A DNA stretch of 64,000 nt from Betaproteobacteria bacterium (GTDB lineage Bacteria > Pseudomonadota > Gammaproteobacteria > Burkholderiales > Burkholderiaceae_C). Every line of letters begins with the position of its first letter. The stretch's first letter is position 1. The notes under the pieces are model-generated. The model was not told where the DNA came from, did not search any database, and was given only the letters and a program-made list of their open reading frames with translations. The position numbers and the translations under genes were made by a program. The stretch is from NCBI GenBank assembly GCA_043743835.1, contig JAYTVT010000032.1, positions 7,599-71,598 on the forward strand, in the 5' to 3' direction. Below are positions 1-9,900 of the stretch, piece by piece.

Positions 1-302
1 TGCTTGAATTTTCCATGGCCCCACGCGGCCACGCCGAGAGCCTGAGCAACGATGTGGCCCGTGTCATCGACGTCATCGACAAAAGCGGCCTGCCCTACCA
101 GTTGACGGCCATGGGCACCTTGATCGAAGGCGAGTGGGCCGACGTGATGGCGGTGGTAACGGCCTGCTTTGAAGCGCTGAAAACCGACTGCCCGCGCATC
201 AGCGTGCACTTGAAGGCCGACTTCCGCGCCGGGCACAGCGGGCGCTTGTTGGCCAAGGTGCAAAAGGTGGAGCAGCACCTGGGGCGCAAGCTCAGCACCT
301 GA
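1..302 (+). CDS. MTH1187/YkoF-family thiamine-binding protein (5' truncated by window edge)
   Basis: Frame is open from the window start (LEFSMAP...); GLPYQLTAMGTLIEGEW and RISVHLKAD match the DUF77/MTH1187 pattern. Confidence 0.8.
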   Translation, partial: LEFSMAPRGHAESLSNDVARVIDVIDKSGLPYQLTAMGTLIEGEWADVMAVVTACFEALKTDCPRISVHLKADFRAGHSGRLLAKVQKVEQHLGRKLST

Positions 303-351
303 GGCTGGCTGCGCGAGCGCCGCCGACCACCGCCCAGAAAGACAATGCACC

Positions 352-1800
352 GTGAACCCCGAAACCGTGGATGTGTTGATCGTGGGTGCCGGCCTGTCCG
401 GCATTGGCGCGGCTTGCCATTTGCAGTTGCAGTGCCCAGATCACACCGCGGCCATTGTCGAAGCGCGAGCCGATCTGGGCGGCACGTGGGACTTGTTCCG
501 CTACCCCGGCATCCGTTCGGATTCGGACATGTACACCTTGGGCTATTCCTTCAAACCCTGGGTGGGCGAGAAGGCCATTGCAGATGGCCCGTCCATCCTG
601 CAGTACCTGCGCGACACCGCGGCCGAATACGGCGTGGACAAGCGCATTCGCTTCGGCCACCGCGTGCAGCGTGCAGACTGGTCCACCGCCGATGCGCTGT
701 GGACGGTGCAGATCGAGCGCGCCGGCGGCGAAGTCTTCACCCTGCGCTGCAATTTCTTGCTGATGTGCAGCGGCTACTACCGCTATGACGCCGGCTACAC
801 GCCCGACTTTGCCGGCATCCAAAGCTTTGCCGGCCGGGTGGTGCACCCGCAGCACTGGCCCCAGCAGATTGAGCTGCAAGGCCAGCGCGTGGTGGTCATA
901 GGCAGCGGCGCCACAGCCGTCACCCTGGTGCCAGAGCTGGCCAAGCTGGGTGCGGCGGTGACCCTGCTGCAACGCTCACCCACCTACATGGTCAGCCGGC
1001 CGTCCATCGACGGCATGGCCCGCTGGCTGTTGCGCCACGTGGGGCCGCGTGTGGCCCACGGCCTGGCGCGCTGGAAGAACGTGCTGTATGGCCAGTTCAT
1101 CTTCAACCTGGCGCGCAAGCGGCCCGCCGCCGTCAAGGCCCGCTTGATCGGCATGCTGAAGCCGCAGCTGCCTGCGGGCTACGACATCCAAACCCACTTC
1201 ACGCCCCACTACAACCCTTGGGACCAACGCATCTGCCTGGTGCCGGACGGTGACCTCTTCAAATGCATCCAGAACCAGACGGTGCAGATCGTCACCGACC
1301 AGATTGACTGCTTCACGCCCACGGGCATTCGGCTCAAGAGCGGTGCCGAGCTACCCGCCGATGTGGTGGTCACCGCCACCGGCTTGCAGGTGCAGACCAG
1401 CAGCGCCTTGCCCCTGCGCATTGACGGCGAGCTGGTCGACTTCTCCAAACGCGTGGGCTACAAGGGCATGATGTTTGGCGGGGTGCCCAACTTCGCATCG
1501 GTCTTTGGCTACACCAATGCGTCATGGACACTGAAGGCCGACCTGGTGAGCGAATTCATCTGCCGCCTGCTGAACCACATGCGCAGCCACCACCAGCGCC
1601 AATGCATGCCCAGCCCGCCCAACCCGGCCATGCCTTTGTTGCCGTGGATCGACTTCTCATCGGGCTACCTGCAGCGCGTGATGCACAGTCTGCCCAAGCA
1701 AGGCACACAAAAACCCTGGAAGCTGAACCAGAACTACCTGAAGGACCTGATGTGGCTGCGCTACGGCTCGCTGCACGACGGGGTGATGCGGTTCAGTTGA
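352..1800 (+). CDS. Flavin-containing Baeyer-Villiger-type monooxygenase (EthA-like)
   Basis: Two Rossmann motifs (GAGLSG, GSGATA), GGTWDLFRYPGIRSDSD, the BVMO fingerprint FAGRVVHPQHWP, and ATGL. Confidence 0.9.
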   Translation: MNPETVDVLIVGAGLSGIGAACHLQLQCPDHTAAIVEARADLGGTWDLFRYPGIRSDSDMYTLGYSFKPWVGEKAIADGPSILQYLRDTAAEYGVDKRIRFGHRVQRADWSTADALWTVQIERAGGEVFTLRCNFLLMCSGYYRYDAGYTPDFAGIQSFAGRVVHPQHWPQQIELQGQRVVVIGSGATAVTLVPELAKLGAAVTLLQRSPTYMVSRPSIDGMARWLLRHVGPRVAHGLARWKNVLYGQFIFNLARKRPAAVKARLIGMLKPQLPAGYDIQTHFTPHYNPWDQRICLVPDGDLFKCIQNQTVQIVTDQIDCFTPTGIRLKSGAELPADVVVTATGLQVQTSSALPLRIDGELVDFSKRVGYKGMMFGGVPNFASVFGYTNASWTLKADLVSEFICRLLNHMRSHHQRQCMPSPPNPAMPLLPWIDFSSGYLQRVMHSLPKQGTQKPWKLNQNYLKDLMWLRYGSLHDGVMRFS

Positions 1801-1840
1801 TCGACAAACCTGCTGCGGCAGTTCACTCAGGATCACCCCC

Positions 1841-3142
1841 ATGAAGCACATACGTCACCTTCTGGTTGTTGCTGCGTTGGTGGCCTGTTTCGGCCCAGCC
1901 CGGGCCGATCTCTCAGCCGTTGAAAAGCGCATCGTCGAGGCGGTCAAGGCACAGTCTTCCCAAGCCCTGGTGCTGCTGGAAAGGTCCGTCAACATCAACA
2001 GTGGCACGCTCAACACCGAGGGCGTTAAATCCGTCGGCCAGATCTTCCGCAGCGAACTGGATGGCCTGGGCTTTGCCACCCGCTGGATCGACCTACCGCC
2101 TGAAATGCGCCGCGCTGGTCACCTGGCAGGTCGGATCGAAGGCACACGCGGCAAGAAGCTGCTGCTGCTGGGCCACCTGGACACCGTGTTCGAGCCCTTC
2201 AGCCCGGTGGCCGCCTGGCAGATGGACGGGCAACGGATTCGCGGCCAGGGCGTCTCTGACATGAAGGGCGGTTTGGTGATCATGCTCGAAGCCCTGCGTG
2301 CGCTGAAGGCGGTTGGCGCGCTGGATGGCGCCAGCGTTTCAGTGCTGCTGACCGGCGATGAAGAGAGTGTTGGGCAGCCCATCATGCAGTCGCGCGCGGC
2401 CATGGTGGAGATGGCCAAAAACAGCGACATCGCCTTGTCGTTCGAGGGCATGGGGCAAGACCTGCGCGGCGAAGAGTCCATCGTCATCGGCCGGCGCGGG
2501 TCGGGCTCGTGGGCGGTGACGGTGACCGGTAAGCAAGGACACTCATCACAGGTCTTTGGCCAAAACGCCGGCTTCGGTGCAGGCTATGAGATGGCGCGCA
2601 TCGTCAACGCGTTTCGCGAGCACGTGGTTGAGCCGGGCCTGACCTTCAATGTTGGGGTCATGCTGGCAGGCATGGAGGCCGACTTTGATGTGACCCAGGC
2701 GCGCGGCACCGTGGCCGGCAAGAACAACGTCATCGCGCCCAAGGCCATCGCCCGCGGCGATCTGCGCGCCCTGAACGCCGAACAGCGTGAGCGTGCCCGC
2801 GGCCGCATGCGCGACATCGTGGCGCAAAGCCTGCCCGGCACTTCCGCCACCATCACGTTCAGCGAGTCCTACCCACCCATGGCGGCCACGCCGGCCAACC
2901 AGGCCCTGCAAGAGATGTATTCGCAGGTCAGCCTCGACCTGGGCTTGGGCAAGGTCAGCGCGGCCAACCCCGAATCGCGGGGTGCTGGTGATATGCAGTT
3001 TGCGGCGCCCTATGCCGCCACACTCGACGGTTTGGGTGCGACGGGAGGCGGTGAACACTCGCCGTTCGAGTTTCTGCGCCCAGAGTCCATCCAGAAGAAC
3101 GCCATCCGGGCGGCCATCATGATCTACCGCCTGACGCGGTGA
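1841..3142 (+). CDS. Secreted M20-family metallopeptidase (glutamate carboxypeptidase-like)
   Basis: N-terminal signal peptide; metal-ligand motifs GHLDTV, DMKGG, GDEE and C-terminal GEHSPFE. Confidence 0.88.
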   Translation: MKHIRHLLVVAALVACFGPARADLSAVEKRIVEAVKAQSSQALVLLERSVNINSGTLNTEGVKSVGQIFRSELDGLGFATRWIDLPPEMRRAGHLAGRIEGTRGKKLLLLGHLDTVFEPFSPVAAWQMDGQRIRGQGVSDMKGGLVIMLEALRALKAVGALDGASVSVLLTGDEESVGQPIMQSRAAMVEMAKNSDIALSFEGMGQDLRGEESIVIGRRGSGSWAVTVTGKQGHSSQVFGQNAGFGAGYEMARIVNAFREHVVEPGLTFNVGVMLAGMEADFDVTQARGTVAGKNNVIAPKAIARGDLRALNAEQRERARGRMRDIVAQSLPGTSATITFSESYPPMAATPANQALQEMYSQVSLDLGLGKVSAANPESRGAGDMQFAAPYAATLDGLGATGGGEHSPFEFLRPESIQKNAIRAAIMIYRLTR

Positions 3143-3276
3143 TGGCGCCCAACTTCATCTTGCGCGCGCTGGGGTTGCCACAAGAGTCAACACCAAGCGG
3201 TGCCCCTGCAGCCACCCTGCGCCTGGCCTATAAGGACTGGAGCCAAGTCTGTGCGCCCACGCTGACGGGCCAAAGG

Positions 3277-3705
3277 CTAGCGCAGCGGGTGGCGCCAGCG
3301 CAGACCACTGAAGCGGCTGAAGTCATGATCGGTGCTCACCCACTCGCAACCGGACTCGATGGCCAGTGCGGCCAGGTAGGCGTCGGGCACCAGATTGCCT
3401 TTGGCGTCAGCATGGACACAAAGCTCCCTGAAGATGCCCCAGTGTCTGGGGCCTGGTGCCACGGCCACGCAGTTGGGGCGTCCGCGCAGTTGCTCTGTGA
3501 ACTCCAGCGCATCGGCCAAAGGGGTTGGTATGGAGAAGACCTTTGGATGGGTGACCACCCGCACAAAGCCGCTCAGCACCAATTCCGACAAGCCGTAGGC
3601 TGCGTCGCCATTGACCAGGGCCTCGACCCATTGCCTGCAGCCCGCGTGCTGTGGCGAGTCTTCGCGGTGCGCGTAGACCAGCACGTTGACGTCGGGCAGC
3701 AACAT
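3277..3705 (-). CDS. vapC: VapC PIN-domain ribonuclease toxin
   Basis: PDVNVLVYA N-terminus, DAYLAALAIE and STDHDF acidic PIN motifs; directly downstream of an antitoxin gene. Confidence 0.9.
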   Translation of the reverse strand: MLLPDVNVLVYAHREDSPQHAGCRQWVEALVNGDAAYGLSELVLSGFVRVVTHPKVFSIPTPLADALEFTEQLRGRPNCVAVAPGPRHWGIFRELCVHADAKGNLVPDAYLAALAIESGCEWVSTDHDFSRFSGLRWRHPLR

Positions 3706-3706
3706 G

Positions 3707-3943
3707 TCAATCGCGCATCAGATCAAGCAGGGATGCGCTGTCGTCCAGGTCGACACCTGCCCGCACGCCGTTGCCCCGAAAGGTCTTCAGCCGTAGGGGC
3801 TTGCTTCTGGCGGCGGCCGGCTTTTGTGCCAAGGACTCTCTCAAGGCTTGCTCCAGCACCGCTGTCAGCGTGGTGCCTGAGTCCAGGGCACGCTGCTTGG
3901 CCTGCTGAAGAAGGTGCTCGTCAAGGCGGACGGTGGTGCGCAT
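3707..3943 (-). CDS. vapB: VapB antitoxin (ribbon-helix-helix type)
   Basis: MRTTVRLDEHLLQQAK RHH-like start; 78 aa; ends 1 nt before vapC. Confidence 0.85.
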   Translation of the reverse strand: MRTTVRLDEHLLQQAKQRALDSGTTLTAVLEQALRESLAQKPAAARSKPLRLKTFRGNGVRAGVDLDDSASLLDLMRD

Positions 3944-4058
3944 ACATCGAAGCATATCAATAGCGCATCAGTATGTCTACGGCGGTCTTGCTTCCGGCAA
4001 GGGCAGTGCTGCGCTGATCAGCAATACAGGAAGAGCCCTCGCTTTGGCCGCCCGGCCC

Positions 4059-5369
4059 TCAGTTGCCCGACCCCAACCAGGTCGCCAGCTTGGGAAACAG
4101 CAGCACCAAGCCCACCCCCACCAGCTGCAGCACCATGAACTGCACCATGCCGGCGTAGATGTCCTTCAGCGGCCACTGCGGCACCACGCCTTTCAGGAAG
4201 TAGGCCGACAGGGCCACAGGCGGCGACAGCCAGGCGGTTTGCAGGGTCATGGCCACCAGGGTGCAGAACCAGATCATGTCGATGCCGGCGGCCTGCACGA
4301 TGGGCAGCACGATGGGCACCACGATCAGCACGATGGGCACCCATTCCAGCGGCCAGCCCAGCACAAAGATCACGGCCAGGATGACGATCAGCATGGCCAT
4401 GGGCGGCAGGTTCATGCTGGTCAGCAAGCCGGCCATGAATTCGGCGCTGCCCAGGCGTGAGAACACCGAACCAAAGAGGTTGGACGCCACCACCAACATC
4501 AGGATCATGCTGGACACCTCCAGCGTCTGAAAGGCCGACCGGCGCACCTTGGCCAGCGTCATGCGGCCCGAGCCCAGCGTCAGCACAAACACGGCAGCGC
4601 AACCCACGGCGCCCGCGTCGGTGGGCGTGGCAATGCCAGCCAAGATCACTCCCAAGGTGGACAGGATGACCACGATGACCGGCAGCACGCCAATGGCCAG
4701 GTCCTTGAGCACGGCCTTCATTGACGTGGCGCGCAATTCGGGCGGCAGTACGGGCCCCAGGGCCGGGTTGATCCAGCAGCGCACCAGGCACCAGATGGTG
4801 AAGATGGTGGCCAGCAGCAGGCCCGGGATGATGGCGGCGGTGAAGAGGTCGGTGGCGGGCACGCCCACCACCGGGCCCATCACGATGAGCATCACCGAAG
4901 GCGGTATCAGGATGCCCAGCGTGCCGCCGGCGGCGATGGCGCCGGCGCTCATCTTGGTGTCGTAGCCGCTCTTGATCATGGCCGGGCCAGCCATCACGCC
5001 CAGCAATGTGACAGCCGAGCCCACGATACCGGTGGCTGCGGCAAAGATGGTGGCCGTGATCAGCACCGCCAGGTAGAGCGAGCCGCGCACCCCCGACAGC
5101 AGCTGCTGGATGCCGGTGAACATGCGCTCCATCAGGCCCGACTGCTCCAGCAAGAAGCCCATGAACAGGAAGAAGGGGATGGACGCCAGCACGGTGTCCT
5201 TCATCACCGAAAAGGTTTGCAGCACCGCCAAGTCAAAGACCACCGGGCCCAGCGCGATGAAGCCGGTGCCCAGCGACACCGCACCCAGGGTGAAGGCAAT
5301 GGGGAAACCGGCAAAAATGATCAGGAACAGAAAGGCCAAAGCCACCAGACCCAGTACTTCATTGCTCAT
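4059..5369 (-). CDS. dctM: TRAP transporter large permease (DctM family)
   Basis: Highly hydrophobic; GGTLGILIPPS and ATPTDAGAVG motifs; overlaps the dctQ stop. Confidence 0.92.
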   Translation of the reverse strand: MSNEVLGLVALAFLFLIIFAGFPIAFTLGAVSLGTGFIALGPVVFDLAVLQTFSVMKDTVLASIPFFLFMGFLLEQSGLMERMFTGIQQLLSGVRGSLYLAVLITATIFAAATGIVGSAVTLLGVMAGPAMIKSGYDTKMSAGAIAAGGTLGILIPPSVMLIVMGPVVGVPATDLFTAAIIPGLLLATIFTIWCLVRCWINPALGPVLPPELRATSMKAVLKDLAIGVLPVIVVILSTLGVILAGIATPTDAGAVGCAAVFVLTLGSGRMTLAKVRRSAFQTLEVSSMILMLVVASNLFGSVFSRLGSAEFMAGLLTSMNLPPMAMLIVILAVIFVLGWPLEWVPIVLIVVPIVLPIVQAAGIDMIWFCTLVAMTLQTAWLSPPVALSAYFLKGVVPQWPLKDIYAGMVQFMVLQLVGVGLVLLFPKLATWLGSGN

Positions 5370-5941
5370 GCTGTGGCCTGCTCTTCCAGCGGTTTGGGTG
5401 CGTCAGGCCATTGCCCGGTGCGGGCGGCGTGAATGCTCTTGAGCAGCTCTGACACGCCCTGCACGGCCAGCAACACGCCTGTCAGCGGCATCACCAACTT
5501 GAAGGGCCAGGCCACCGGCTGCCAAGGGCTGCTGACGAAGGTTTCGTTGGTGATGAAGGACTTCCAGAAATAGCCCCAGCCGGTCCAGACGAACACGGCC
5601 ACGAAGGGCATGAACATGATCAGGTAGCCGGTGATGTCAACCCAGGCCTGCGTTTTCACCGACCAACCGCCATACCAGGAATCGGTGCGGATATGACCCT
5701 TGCGTTGCAAGGTGAAGGCCGCGCCCAGCATGAAAAAACTGCCATACAACATGAAGGTCATGTCGTAGGCCCACAGCGTGGGTGAATTGAAGCCGTAGCG
5801 GGCCACCACCTCGTAGCTCAGGGCCAGCACCATGGGCACGATGAGCCAGGCCACCAGCTTGCCAGAGTAGATGGCCAACTGGTCCAACTGGCGCGCGCGG
5901 CGCACCAGGGCAGATTCGTTCAAAGCGGCGTTGTAGGCCAT
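5366..5941 (-). CDS. dctQ: TRAP transporter small permease (DctQ family)
   Basis: Four TM segments, YEVVARY and GHIRTD motifs; lies between dctP and dctM. Confidence 0.9.
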   Translation of the reverse strand: MAYNAALNESALVRRARQLDQLAIYSGKLVAWLIVPMVLALSYEVVARYGFNSPTLWAYDMTFMLYGSFFMLGAAFTLQRKGHIRTDSWYGGWSVKTQAWVDITGYLIMFMPFVAVFVWTGWGYFWKSFITNETFVSSPWQPVAWPFKLVMPLTGVLLAVQGVSELLKSIHAARTGQWPDAPKPLEEQATA

Positions 5942-6018
5942 GCAAGTCCTTCAAGGGTTCATCCAGCCCAGGGCGGCAGCGCGCAGCTGCCACCCTGGTG
6001 CTCGGAACAGCAGAGCCG

Positions 6019-7146
6019 CTATTTGGCGTTGCCCGAGTCGACGGCCATGTTGTAGTAAAGGCCGTTGATGCGCGTCCAATACGGCACCACGGTCCTGGCA
6101 AACGCGCGTTGTGAGTCCAGCACTTCCTTGAACAAGGGGTTCACGGTCGACTCCTTGTCGTAGACCACGTTGGTGGCGCGCACAAACTCCTTGAAGAACT
6201 CTTTGGGCGTCTCGTGGATGGTTACGCCGTGGTCCTTTTGCAGCTTGTTCATGGCCACCGCGTTGCGGTGCACGTTGAAGGTGTAGGTCTCGGCGATGGT
6301 GGCCAGCACCGCGCCTTCCATCACCGCCTTCAGGTCGGCGGGCAGCTTGTTCCAGGTGGCCTTGTTGATCAGGAATTCACCCACGTCGGTGGACTGGTGC
6401 ATGCCCTGCAGGTAGTAGTGCTTGAAGACGTTGTGAAAGCCCAGAATCATGTCGTCGGCCGGGCCTATCCACTCGGCTGCGTCGATCACGCCGCGCTGCG
6501 CTGCCGGCACGATTTCGCCACCCGGCATGGCCACCGCGTTGATGCCCATCTCCTTGAAGATGGCGCCAGTCAACCCGGGTGGTGAGCGGTACTTCAACTT
6601 TTTCATATCAGCGATGGAACTGATGGGCGACTTGAACCAGCCCAAGGGGTCCGGCCCCATGGGTTGCATCATGAAAGCCTTGACGTTGACCTTCAGGCCG
6701 TCGTTGAAGAGCTTTTCATACAGCGCGTTGCCGCCACCCTGCATCAGCCAGGCCATGTGCGACATCTGGTCCATGCCGGTGCCCGCGCCCGCGGCAGGGT
6801 TGGAAAAGAGCGCGGCCGCCGTGTTCTTGCCCGACCAGTAGTGGGTCCAGGCAAAGCCGCCGTCCACCACGCCCTTGTCCACGGCGTCCAGGATTTCAAA
6901 CGCATTGATCACCGCGCCGTCGGGCAGGATCTCCAGCTTCAGCCGCCCGTTGGACATCTTGTCCACGCGGTCGGCAAAGTGTTTCATCAGCTCAAAATAA
7001 ATGCTGGCGGTGGGCACCGCGGTCTGGATTTTCAGGCGGGTGGCGGCCTGCGCCTGGGCTGTGCTGCCGGCTGCCATGGCCACCGTGCCGGCCAGTGCAG
7101 CGGCGCTGTTGCCCAGCAGGCTTCTTCTCTTCAGGTTCGTCATCAT
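6019..7146 (-). CDS. dctP: TRAP substrate-binding protein (DctP/TakP-like), Tat signal
   Basis: KRRSLL twin-arginine leader; MSNGRLKLEI, KYRSPPG and GVIDAAEW motifs. Confidence 0.9.
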   Translation of the reverse strand: MMTNLKRRSLLGNSAAALAGTVAMAAGSTAQAQAATRLKIQTAVPTASIYFELMKHFADRVDKMSNGRLKLEILPDGAVINAFEILDAVDKGVVDGGFAWTHYWSGKNTAAALFSNPAAGAGTGMDQMSHMAWLMQGGGNALYEKLFNDGLKVNVKAFMMQPMGPDPLGWFKSPISSIADMKKLKYRSPPGLTGAIFKEMGINAVAMPGGEIVPAAQRGVIDAAEWIGPADDMILGFHNVFKHYYLQGMHQSTDVGEFLINKATWNKLPADLKAVMEGAVLATIAETYTFNVHRNAVAMNKLQKDHGVTIHETPKEFFKEFVRATNVVYDKESTVNPLFKEVLDSQRAFARTVVPYWTRINGLYYNMAVDSGNAK

Positions 7147-7213
7147 GTCTCCTTCAGGTCAAGTGAACAACGGGCGCCTGTGTGCCACCCACCTCATGCG
7201 CGGCGCTGGGTCT

Positions 7214-8824
7214 TCAGCGTCGGTTTGCATCCTCTTTGATCATGTGTGCGGCCTTCTCGGCCATCATCACCACGGGGGCGTTGGTGTTGCCTGAAACCAG
7301 CGTGGGCATCACCGAGCCGTCCACCACGCGCAGCCCGGCCACGCCGTGCACGCGCAGGCGTGCGTCCACCACGGCGCCGGCTTGCGGCTTGGGCCCCATC
7401 GCGCAGGTGCCGCTGGGGTGAAAAATGGTGGCACCGTTGTTGCGGCAAAACTCCAGCAGTGCGGCGTCGTCCGCGGCGTCAGGGCCGGGTTTGACTTCGC
7501 GCCGGATGAAAGGCTGCATGGCCGGGCTGGCGGCAATGGCACGGGCGGCCTTCAGCCCAGCCACGGCGGTGCGCCGGTCCAAGTCGGTAGACAGGTAGTT
7601 GGGCTGCATCTCGGGCGGTTGCAGAGGGTCGGTCGACTTGATGCGCACATGGCCGCGCGACTCGGGCCGCAGCTGGCACACCGACATGGTCATGCCCGAA
7701 AACGGGTGCACCGCGCCACCAGCCATGTCGGCTGAGAGGGTGGCCACGTGAAACTGGATGTCGGGTGTTTGTTCATCGCCGGGCAGCGCGCGCATGAAGC
7801 AGCCGCCCTGGTTGATGCCCACCGCCAAGGGCCCGCTGCGGTGCAGCAGCCATTGCAGGCCCAGGCGCGCCTGGCCCCACCACGAGCGCAAGGCGTCGTT
7901 GGTGGTGGGATGTGTGCATTCAAACGTCAGCCGCATCTGCAGGTGGTCTTGCAGGTTTTCGCCCACGCCTGGCAGGGCGTGTTGAACGGGTATGCCGTGT
8001 TGTTGCAGCAGCGCTGCCGGGCCGATGCCTGACAGTTGCAGCAGCTGGGGCGACTGGATGGCACCGGCGCAGAGCAAGACTTCGGCGTTGCAGCGCGCTT
8101 CTTTCTGAACGCCGCCTTGGGCATAGCGCACGCCCACCGCGCGGCCGTTTTCCATCAACAGGCCGCTGGCCTGGGCTTGGGTTTTTACGTCCAGGTTGGG
8201 GCGGCTGCGGGCGGGCTTCAAATAGCCTTTGGCGGTGCTCCAGCGCCATCCCTTCCAGGTGGTGAGTTGGTAGTAGCCAGCGCCCGCTTGTTGGTGGCCG
8301 TTGAAGTCGTCGGTGCGTGGCACGCCTTGGTGGCCAGCGCCTTCGATAAAGGCTTCGATGAGCTCGTCTTTCGTGCCAATGTCGGACACCGACAGCGGCC
8401 CATCACCACCATGAAAGGCGTTGGCGCCGCGCTGGTTGCGCTCGGACTTGATGAAATAGGGCAGCACATCGTCGTAGCCCCAGCCCGGGTTGCCTTGCGC
8501 GGCCCAGCGGTCGTAGTCCTGGCGCTGACCGCGGATGTAGATCAGGCCGTTGATCGAGCTCGACCCACCCAAGGTCTTGCCACGCGGCCAGTAGATGCGC
8601 CGGCCGTTCATGTTGGGGTCGGGGTCGGTGTGGAAGCACCAGTTGTATTTGGCGCTCCACATCGTCTTGCCGTAGCCGATGGGCAGATGGATCCAGAAGG
8701 AATCATCAGCGGGGCCGGCTTCCAGCAGCAGCACCCGGGTGGCTGGGTCTTCTGACAATCGTGCAGCCAACACGCAACCTGCCGAACCGGCCCCGATGAC
8801 GATGAAATCGTATGGGCTTGTCAT
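7214..8824 (-). CDS. GMC-family flavoprotein dehydrogenase (choline dehydrogenase-like; possibly isethionate dehydrogenase IseJ-like)
   Basis: YDFIVIGAGSAG, RGKTLGGSSSING, GENLQDH and GNTNAP motifs. Start placed at MTSPYDF (8824). The IseJ guess rests on context only. Confidence 0.88.
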   Translation of the reverse strand: MTSPYDFIVIGAGSAGCVLAARLSEDPATRVLLLEAGPADDSFWIHLPIGYGKTMWSAKYNWCFHTDPDPNMNGRRIYWPRGKTLGGSSSINGLIYIRGQRQDYDRWAAQGNPGWGYDDVLPYFIKSERNQRGANAFHGGDGPLSVSDIGTKDELIEAFIEGAGHQGVPRTDDFNGHQQAGAGYYQLTTWKGWRWSTAKGYLKPARSRPNLDVKTQAQASGLLMENGRAVGVRYAQGGVQKEARCNAEVLLCAGAIQSPQLLQLSGIGPAALLQQHGIPVQHALPGVGENLQDHLQMRLTFECTHPTTNDALRSWWGQARLGLQWLLHRSGPLAVGINQGGCFMRALPGDEQTPDIQFHVATLSADMAGGAVHPFSGMTMSVCQLRPESRGHVRIKSTDPLQPPEMQPNYLSTDLDRRTAVAGLKAARAIAASPAMQPFIRREVKPGPDAADDAALLEFCRNNGATIFHPSGTCAMGPKPQAGAVVDARLRVHGVAGLRVVDGSVMPTLVSGNTNAPVVMMAEKAAHMIKEDANRR

Positions 8825-8908
8825 GCGCTGCAATGTGCTTGTGCCTGGAAGTCTTGGGCCGATCTGATGCTGTTCTTTGGCTCGCATTGATCCTAGAATT
8901 GTTGATTT

Positions 8909-8925
8909 CGGAACACAAGGTTCCG
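8909..8925. promoter_or_regulatory. Candidate IclR operator, CGGAAC-N5-GTTCCG
   Basis: Perfect 6-bp inverted repeat in the AT-richer divergent intergenic region between the GMC gene and the IclR gene. Confidence 0.55.
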
Positions 8926-8943
8926 TTTCATGTGTTTTCCCTG

Positions 8944-9741
8944 ATGAAAACCAACCCCTCCAAACCCTTGGCTGCACCTGCTGCTGAAGACACCCCTCAG
9001 GCCGCGTCGGCAGCAGCGCGCAGCCTGGCGGTGCTGGCGGCACTGGCAGCCGAAGCGCGACCCATGACGCTGGCCGACGTGGCCGTACGCCTGGCCCTGC
9101 CCAAGGCCACCGCTCACCGCCTGTGCGCCCAGTTGCTGGAAGCCGGCTACCTGATGCGCGGGCTGGACGAGCGCGAACTGCTGGTGGGCCCGGCCTTGCA
9201 AAAGCTGGCGCTGGACACGCTGAACCACGGCACCGTGCGCGGCCTGCGCCACCAGGTGCTGACCGACTTGGTGGGCGAGGTGGGCGAAACCTGCAACTTC
9301 ACCACGCTGGACGGTGCCGCCGTGCTCTACCTGGACCGCGTGGAAGCCCCTTGGCCTTGGCGGCTGACGCTGGACGTGGGCGTGCACGTGCCGCTGCACT
9401 GCACCGCCAGCGGCAAGCTCTTCCTGGCCCTGATGGCCGCCCGCAAGCGCCGCACCTTGTTGGACGGCATTGCGCTGGCGCCGATGACCGAGCGCACGCT
9501 GACCAGCGTGAAAGCCCTGGAAGCCGAGTGCCGCGAAATCGCAGCGCGTGGCTACGCGCTGGACCGCGAAGAGTTCATACCCGGCCTGGTGGCCGCCGCC
9601 GTGCCGGTGCGCGACAGCCATGGCGACGTGCGCGCCGCCATCGCCGTGCATGCGCCGGTGGCCCGCATGGGTGCGCAGCAGGTGCTGGACCGCCTGCCGG
9701 CGCTGCAGGCCGCCGCGTTGCGCATGGGCAAGTTGTTGTGA
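8944..9741 (+). CDS. IclR-family transcriptional regulator (SauR/IseR-like)
   Basis: HTH LALPKATAHRL; IclR C-terminal motifs PLHCTASGK and GYALDREE. Confidence 0.92.
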   Translation: MKTNPSKPLAAPAAEDTPQAASAAARSLAVLAALAAEARPMTLADVAVRLALPKATAHRLCAQLLEAGYLMRGLDERELLVGPALQKLALDTLNHGTVRGLRHQVLTDLVGEVGETCNFTTLDGAAVLYLDRVEAPWPWRLTLDVGVHVPLHCTASGKLFLALMAARKRRTLLDGIALAPMTERTLTSVKALEAECREIAARGYALDREEFIPGLVAAAVPVRDSHGDVRAAIAVHAPVARMGAQQVLDRLPALQAAALRMGKLL

Positions 9742-9900
9742 ACTGAACCACTTCGACTTGCGGCGCTTTGCTGTCGCTCGCTTGACGGTCCGTGGCGGGA
9801 CGAGGGCAAGCGTTCACCACGCCCAGGGCTACCCTGGATGTCGCCGCACTGCCACCAGGTGCAGACTCGGGGGTCACAGCCCGGCCCAGGAGCCCACCAC

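Noticed and set aside
3139-3963. 274-aa plus-strand ORF following the M20 peptidase
   Set aside because: Fully overlaps vapBC on the opposite strand and has no motif support.
8825-9043. Long N-terminal extension given by the ORF track for the GMC gene (similar extensions occur for ligB, iorB, korA, the SDR and others)
   Set aside because: Upstream in-frame starts run into neighbouring genes or promoters; starts were reset to the family-typical N-terminus or an RBS-supported codon.
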